Shown here: positions 56,901-64,000 of the stretch, piece after piece
Position numbering within the stretch: position 1 is the first letter of the stretch
Layout: the number at the start of each line of letters is the position of its first letter
NCBI RefSeq assembly: GCF_009914755.1
Contig: NC_060946.1
Origin: the human T2T-CHM13v2.0 reference genome, Homo sapiens
DNA length: 64,000 nucleotides
Reading direction: 5' to 3' (one strand)
Notes under the pieces: generated by a model
Database searches by the model: none
What the model was told of the DNA's origin: nothing
What the model saw: the letters and a program-made list of their open reading frames with translations, nothing else
Made by a program: the position numbers and the translations under genes

Positions 56901-59900
56901 AATGTAATGGAGTGGAATGGAATGGAATTTAGTGGTGTGGAAAGGAATGGAATGGAATGGGATGGGATGGGATGGAATGGAATGGAATGGAAATTAATCA
57001 ACACGAATGGAACGGAATGCAATGGAATGGAATGAAATGGAATGGAATGGAATGGAATGGAATGGAATGGAATGGAATCAACACGAATGACATGGCATAG
57101 AATGGAATGGAATGCAATGGAATGGAATGGAATCAACCCGAATGGAATGGAACGGAAAGGAATGGGATGGGATGGAATGGAATGGAATGCAAGTTAATCA
57201 ACACGAATGGAATGGAACTGAATGGAATGGAATGAAAAGGAAAGGAACATAATGGCATCAACACGAGTAGAATGGAATGGAACGGAATGGAATCAACCCG
57301 AGTGGAATGAAATGGAATGTAATGCAATGGGATGGAGTGGAATCAACCCGAGTGGAATAGAATGGAATGGAATGGAATGGAATGGAATGGAATGGATCGG
57401 AATGGAATCCAATGGAATCAACTGGAATGGAATGGAATGGAATGGAATGGAATGCAATGGAATGGAATGGAATGGAATGGAATGAAATGGAATGGAATGG
57501 AATGGAATAAATCCGGGTGGAGTGGAATGGAATGTAATGGAATGTAATGGAATTTAGTGGAATGGAATGGAATGGAATGAAATCTATTGGATCGGAATGG
57601 AATCCAATGGAATCAACTGGAATGGAATGGAATGGAATGGAATGGAATGGAACGGAATAAATCCGGTTGGAGTGGAATGGAATGGAATAGAGTGGAATGG
57701 AATGGAATTTAGAGGAATGGAATGGAATGGAATGGAATGGAATGGAATGGGATGGAATGGAATGGAATGGAATGGAATGGAATCAACACGAATGGCATGG
57801 CATAGAATGGAATGGAATGGAATGGAATGCAATGGAATGGAATGGAATGGAATCAACCCAAGTGCAATGGAATGGAATGGAATGCAATGGAATCCACCCG
57901 AGTGGAATGGAATGGAATGAAATGGAATGGAATGGAATGGAGTGGAATGGAACGCAATGGAGTGGAATGGAATAAACACCAGGGGAATGAAATGGATTGG
58001 AATGGAATGGAATGGAATGGAATGAAATCAACCCGAGTGTAATGGAGCGGAATGGAATGGAATGGAAAGGAATGAATGGAATGGAATGGTGTGGAATCAA
58101 CACGAGTGGAATGGAATGGAATGGAATGGAACGGAACGGAATGGAAAGGAGTGGAATGGAATGAACCCGAATGGAATGGAATGGATTGGAATGGAATGGA
58201 ATGGAATCAACCTGAGTGGAAAGGAATGGAATAGAATGGAGTGGAATGGAATGTAACGGAATGGAATGGAATGGAATGGAATCAACACGAATGGAATGGA
58301 ACGGAATGGAATGGGATGGGATGGAATGAAAGAGAATGGATGTTAATCAACACGAATGGAATGGAATGGAATGGAATGGAATGGAATGGAATGGAATGGA
58401 ATGGATCGGAATGGAATCCAATGGAATCAACAGGAATGGAATGGAATGGAATGGAATGGAATGGAATGAAAAAGAAAGGAACAAAATGGAATCAACACGA
58501 GTGGAATGGAATGGAACGGAATGGAATTAACCCGAGTGGAATGAAATGGAATGTAATGCAATGGGATGGAGTGGAATCAACCCCAGTGGAATGGAATGGA
58601 ATGGAATGGAATGGAATGGAATGGAATGGAACGGAATGGAATGGAATGGACTGAAATGGAATGGATCGGAATGGAATCCAATGGAATCAACTGGAATGAA
58701 ATGGAATGGAATGGAAAGGAATGGAATGGAATGGAATAAATCCGGGTGGAGTGGAATGGAATGTAATGGATTGGAATGTAATGGAATTTAGTGGAATGGA
58801 ATAGAATCGAATGGAATGAAATGGAATGGAATGGAATGGAATAAATCCGGGTGGAGTGGAATGGAATGTAATAGAGTGGAATGTAATGGAATTTAGTGGA
58901 ATGGAATGGAATGGAATGGAATGAAATGGATTGGATCGGAAAGGAATCCAATGGAATCAAATGGAATGCAATAGAATGGAATGGAATGGAATGGAATGGA
59001 ATCAAACCGAATGGAATGGAACGGAATGGAATGGAAAGGAATGGAATGGAATGGAATGGAATGGAATGGAATGGAATGGAATCAACCCAAGTGCAATGGA
59101 ATGGAATGGAATGGAATGGAATGGAATGGAATGGAATGCAATGGAGTGGAATGGAACGGAATGAAGTGGAATGGAATAAACACCAGGGGAATGAAATGGA
59201 TTGGAATGAAATGGAATGGAATGGAATGGAATGAAATGAAATCAACCCGAGTGGAATGGAACGGAATGGAATGTAATGGAAAGGATTGAATGGAATGGAA
59301 TGGTGTGGAATCAAAAAGAGAGGAATGGAATGGAATGGAACGGAACGGAATAGAAAGGAATGGAATGGAATGAACTCGAATGGAATGGAATGGATTGGAA
59401 TGGAATGGAATGGAAACAACCCGAGCTTAAAGGAATGGAATTGAATGGAGTGGAATGGAATGTAATGTAATGGAATGGAATGGAATGGAATGGAATCAAC
59501 ACGAATGGAATGGAACGGAATGGAATGGGATGGGATGGAATGGAATGGAATGAAATGGATTGGATCGGAATGGAATCCAATGGAATCAACTGGAATGGAA
59601 TGGAAATGAATGGAATGGAATAAATCCGGGTGGAGTGGAATGGAATGTAATGGAGTGGAATGGAATGGAATTTAATGGAATGGAATGGAATGGAATGGAA
59701 TGGAATGGAATCAACCCAAGTGCAATGGAATGGAATGGAATGCAATGGAATCCACCCGAGTGGAATGCAACAGAATGGAATGGAAAGGAATGGAATGGAA
59801 TGGAATGGAATGGAATGGAATGGAATGGAATGGAGTGGAATGGAACAGAATGGAGTGGAATGGAATAAACACCAGGGGAATGAAATGGGTTGGAATGAAA

Positions 59901-62900
59901 TGGAATGGAAGGGAATGGAATGGAATGGAATGAAATCAACCCGAGTGGAATGGAACGGAATGGAATGGAATGGAAAGGAATGAATGGAATGGAATGGTGT
60001 GGAATCAACACGAGAGGAATGCAATGGAATGGAATGGAACGATCCCGAATGGAATGGAATGGATTGGAATGGAATGGAATGGAATCAACCTGAGCGGAAA
60101 GGAATGGAATGGAATGGAGTGGAATGGAATGTAATGGAATGGAATGGAATGGAATGGAATTGAATCAACACGAATGGAATGGAATGGAATGGAATGGGAT
60201 GGGATGGAATGGAATGGAATGGAAGTTAATCAACACGAATGGAATGGAATGGAATGGAATGGAATGGAATAGAATGGAATGGAATGGATCGGAATGGAAT
60301 CCAATGGAATCAACTGGAATGGAAAGGAATGGAATGGAATGGAATGTAATGGAATGCAATTGAATGGAATGGAATAGAATAAATAAGGGTGGAGTGGAAC
60401 GGAATGTAATGGAGTGGAATGTAATGGAATTTAGTGCAATGGAATGGAATGGAATGGAATGGAATGAAATCTATTGGATCGGAATGGAATCCAATGGAAT
60501 CAACTGGAATGGAATGAAATGGAATGGAATGGAACGGAATAAATCCGGTTGGAGTGGAATGGAATGTAATAGAGTGGAATGGAATGGAATTTAGAGAAAT
60601 GGAATGGAATGGAATGGAATGGAATGGAATGGAATGGAATGGAATGGAATCAACCCGAATGGAATGGAACGGAATGGAATGGAATGGAATGGGATGGAAT
60701 GGAATGGAATGGAATGGAATGGAATCAACACGAATGGCATGGCATAGAATGGAATGGAATGGAATGGAATGAAATGCAATGGAATGGAATGGAATGGAAT
60801 GGGATGGAATCAACCCAAGTGCAATGGAATGGAATGGAATGCAATGGAATCCACCCGTGTGGAATGGAATGGAATGAAATGAAATGGAATGGAATGGAGT
60901 GGAATGGAACGGAATGGAGTGGAATGGAATAAACACCAGGGGAATGAAATGGATTGGAATGGAATGGAATGGAATGGAATGGAATGGAATGGAATGAAAT
61001 CAACCCGAGTGTAATGGAGCGGAATGGAATGGAATGGAAAGGAATGAATGGAATGGAATGGTGTGGAATCAACACGAGAGGAATGGAATGGAATGGAATG
61101 GAACGGAACGGAACGGAACGGAATGGAATGGAATGGAATGGAATGGAATGGAATGGAATGGAGTGGAATGCAATGGAATGGAATGGAATGGAATAAATCC
61201 GGGTGGAGTGGCATGGAATGTAATGGAGTGGAATGGAATGGAATTTAGTGGAATGGAATGGAATGGAATGGAATGGAATGGGATGAAATCTATTGGATCA
61301 GAATGGAATCCAATGGAATCAACTGGAATGGAATGGAATGGAATGGAATGGAATGGAATGGAATGGAATGAAAAGGAAAGGAACAAAATGGAATCAACAC
61401 GAGTGGAATGGAATGGAACGGAATGGAATTAACTCGAGTGGAATGAAATGGAATGTAATGCAATGGGATGGAGTGGAATCAACCCCAGTGGAATGGAATG
61501 GAATGGAATGGAATGGAATGGAATGGAATGGAATGGAATGGAATGGAATAAATCCGGGTGGAGTGGAATGGAATGTAATGGAGTGGAATGGAAAGTAATT
61601 CAGTGGAATGGAAAGGAATGGAACGGAATGGAATGGAATGGAATGGAAAGGAATGGAATCAACCCAAGTGCAATGGAATGGAATGGAATGCAATGGAATA
61701 CACCCGAGTGGAATGCAAGAGAATGGAATGGAATGAAATGGAATGGAATGGAATGGAATGGAATGGAATAGAATGGAATGGAATGGAGTGGAATGGAACG
61801 GAATGGAGTGGAATGGAATAAACACCAGGGGAATGAAATGGGTTGGAATAAAATGGAATGGAAGGGAATGGAATGGAATGGAATGAAATCAACCCGAGTG
61901 GAATGGAACGGAATAGAATGGAATGGAAAGGAATGAATGGAATGGAATGGTGTGGAATCAACACGAGAGGAATGGAATGGAATGGAATGGAATGAACCCG
62001 AATGGAATGGAATGGATTGGAATGGAATGGAATGGAATCAACCTGAGCGGAAAGGAATGGAATGGAATGGAGTGGAATGGAATGTAATGGAATGGAATGG
62101 AATGGAATGGAATTGAATCAACACGAATGGAATGGAATGGAATGGAATGGGATGGGATGGAATGGAATGGAATGGAAGTTAATCAACACGAATGGAATGG
62201 AACGGAATGGAAAGGAATGGAACGGAATGGAATGCAATGGAATGGAATGGAATGGAATTGAATGGAATGAAATGGAATGGAACGGAATGGAATCAACATG
62301 AGTGGAATGGAATAGAACGGAATGGAATCAACCCGAGTGGAATGAAATGGAATGTAATGCAATGGGATGGAGTGGAATCAACACGAGTGGAATGGAATGG
62401 AATGGAATGGAATGGAATGGAATGGAATGGAATGAAATGGAATGGATCGGAATGGAATCCAATGGAATCAACAGGAATGGAATGGAATGGAATGGAATAA
62501 ATCCGGGTGGAGTGGAATGGAATGTAATGGAGTGGAATGGAATGCAATTTAGTGGTGTGGAATGGAATGGAATGGAATGGGATGGGATGGGATGGAATGG
62601 AATGGAATGGAAATTAATCAACACGAATGGAACGGAATGGAATGGAATGGAATGGAATGGAATGGAATGGAATCAACACGAATGACATGGCATGGAATGG
62701 AATGGAATGGAATGGAATGGAATGGAATGGAATCAACCCGAATGGAATGGAACGGAATGGAATGGGATGGGATGGAATGGAATGGAATGCAAGTTAATCA
62801 ACACGAATGGAATGGAACGGAATGGAATGGAATGAAAAGGAAAGGAACATAATGGCATCAACACGACTGGAATGGAATGGAACGGAATGGAATCAACCCG

Positions 62901-64000
62901 AGTGGAATGAAATGGAATGTAATGCAATGGGATAGAGTGGAATCAACCCGAGTGGAATGGAATGGAATGGAATGGAATGGAATGGAATGGAATGGAATGG
63001 AATGGATCGGAATGGAATCCAATGGAATCAACTGGAATGGAAAGGAATGGAATGGAATGGAATGTAATGGAATGCAATTGAATGGAATGGAATAGAATAA
63101 ATAAGGGTGGAGTGGAACGGAATGTAATGGAGTGGAATGTAATGGAATTTAGTGGAATGGAATGGAATGGAATGGAATGGAATGAAATCTATTGGATCGG
63201 AATGGAATCCAATGGAATCAACTGGAATGGAATGGAATGGAATGGAATGGAACGGAATAAATCCGGTTGGAGTGGAATGGAATGTAATAGAGTGGAATGG
63301 AATGGAATTTAAAGGAATGGAATGGAATGGAATGGAATGGAATGGAATGGAATGGAATCAACCCGAATGGAATGGAACGGAATGGAATGGAATGGAATGG
63401 GATGGAATGGCATGGCATAGAATGGAATGGAATGGAATGGAATGCAATGGAATGGAATGGAATGGAATGGAATGGAATGGAATGGAATCAACCCAAATGC
63501 AATGGAATGGAATGGAATGCAATGGAATCCACCCGAGTGGAATGGAATGGAATGAAATGGAATGGAATGGAATGGAGTGGAATGGAACGCAATGGAGTGG
63601 AATGGAATAAACACCAGGGGAATGAAATGGATTGGAATGCAATGGAATGGAATGGAATGGAATGGAATGGAATGGAATCAACCCGAGTGTAATGGAGCGG
63701 AATGGAATGGAATGGAAAGGAATGAATGGAATGGAATGGTGTGGAATCAACACGAGAGGAATGGAATGGAATGGAATGGAACGGAACGGAATGGAAAGGA
63801 GTGGAATGGAATGAACCCGAATGGAATGGAATGGATTGGAATGGAATGGAATGGAATCAACCTGAGAGGAAAGGAATGGAATAGAATGGAGTGGAATGGA
63901 ATGTAACGGAATGGAATGGAATGGAATGGAATCAACACGAATGGAATGGAACGGAATGGAATGGGATGGGATGGAATGGAAGAGAATGGATGTTAATCAA
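44930..64000 (+). repeat. Higher-order repeat of ~3.2-3.6 kb (three basic units per repeat), about 5-6 copies
   Basis: GAGCTTAAAGG at 46168, 49436, 52624, 55781, 59423 (spacings 3268, 3188, 3157, 3642). Three distinguishable landmark types recur in order A-B-C. Confidence 0.87.

Larger units (their letters stand above)
663..63620 (+). repeat. Diverged ~1.07 kb basic modular unit marked by AAACACCAGGGGAATGAAATGGATT (about 60 copies)
   Basis: Landmark counted by eye, including variants, at e.g. 663, 1592, 2681, 3520, 4289, 10703, 11772, 30464, 31502, 37125, 38164, 42715, 43814, 45923, 63609. Near-complete units space about 1.04-1.10 kb (10703-11772, 30464-31502, 37125-38164, 42715-43814). Confidence 0.8.
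1..64000 (+). repeat. Human satellite III (HSat3)-type array, (GGAAT)n / (CATTC)n, G-rich strand on +
   Basis: Seen: continuous GGAAT pentamers interrupted by CAACCCGA(G/A)T and CAACACGA(G/A)T decamers from first to last base. Established: (ATTCC)n interspersed with A(C/T)TCGGGTTG is the classical satellite III consensus. The CATTCGATTC/ATCATCGAAT-rich pattern of HSat2 is absent and TCGA is rare. Confidence 0.97.

Noticed and set aside
53400-60100. Assignment to Y-chromosome DYZ1 because of a ~3.6 kb period
   Set aside because: The period is local and variable (3.16-3.64 kb) and built from three ~1.1 kb units, unlike a homogeneous DYZ1 array. Similar size alone is not evidence, and assignment needs alignment.
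1-64000. Hundreds of ORFs (poly-MEWNG on +, poly-IPFHS on -), up to 499 aa at 45262-46761
   Set aside because: The pure pentamer has no stop codon in any frame, and because 5 and 3 are coprime every frame gives the same peptide. The ORFs overlap in all six frames, have no domains and show no codon-position constraint.
1-64000. CRISPR-like array (recurring conserved words with intervening sequence)
   Set aside because: The intervening sequence is itself GGAAT repeat rather than unique spacers. There are no cas genes or leader, and the context is eukaryotic satellite.
1-64000. Pentapeptide-repeat, ice-nucleation or other repetitive protein gene
   Set aside because: The periodicity is 5 nt at the DNA level with no synonymous variation pattern. 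Variant words such as GTAAT, TGAAT and TTAGT introduce stops freely.
1-64000. HSat2, alpha satellite, telomeric repeat, or Alu/L1 insertion
   Set aside because: No CATTCGATTC-rich HSat2 pattern, no 171-bp monomer or CENP-B box, no TTAGGG arrays, and no non-satellite stretch or poly-A tail was seen.
1-64000. Inversions or large palindromes
   Set aside because: No (ATTCC)n run occurs on the + strand. Orientation is uniform throughout.
1-64000. Canonical heat-shock elements
   Set aside because: nGAAn units are in direct, not alternating inverted, orientation. TTC on this strand is very rare, so no canonical HSE can be annotated.

Overview
The whole 64 kb window is one uninterrupted, single-orientation array of (GGAAT)n pentamer satellite with interspersed CAACCCGAGT/CAACACGAAT-type decamers. 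This is classical human/hominid satellite III (HSat3) pericentromeric heterochromatin. I found no genes, RNA genes, transposons or unique sequence. Every ORF in the track is an artefact of the repeat (poly-WNGME on +, poly-HSIPF on -). I see no evidence of a novel gene-encoded system. The real structure is in the variants. First, a diverged basic unit of about 1.07 kb is built from an ordered series of modules (about 60 copies of an AAACACCAGGGG landmark). Second, the 5-bp register is strictly kept, with one recurrent -1 slip in most units. Third, there are nested duplications from 65 bp to about 3.6 kb, a dispersed ~2.9 kb duplication 10-11 kb apart, and a 3.2-3.6 kb higher-order repeat over the last ~19 kb. 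Duplication boundaries were mapped by eye from rare variant markers and are approximate. Chromosome and HSat3 subfamily cannot be assigned without a search.
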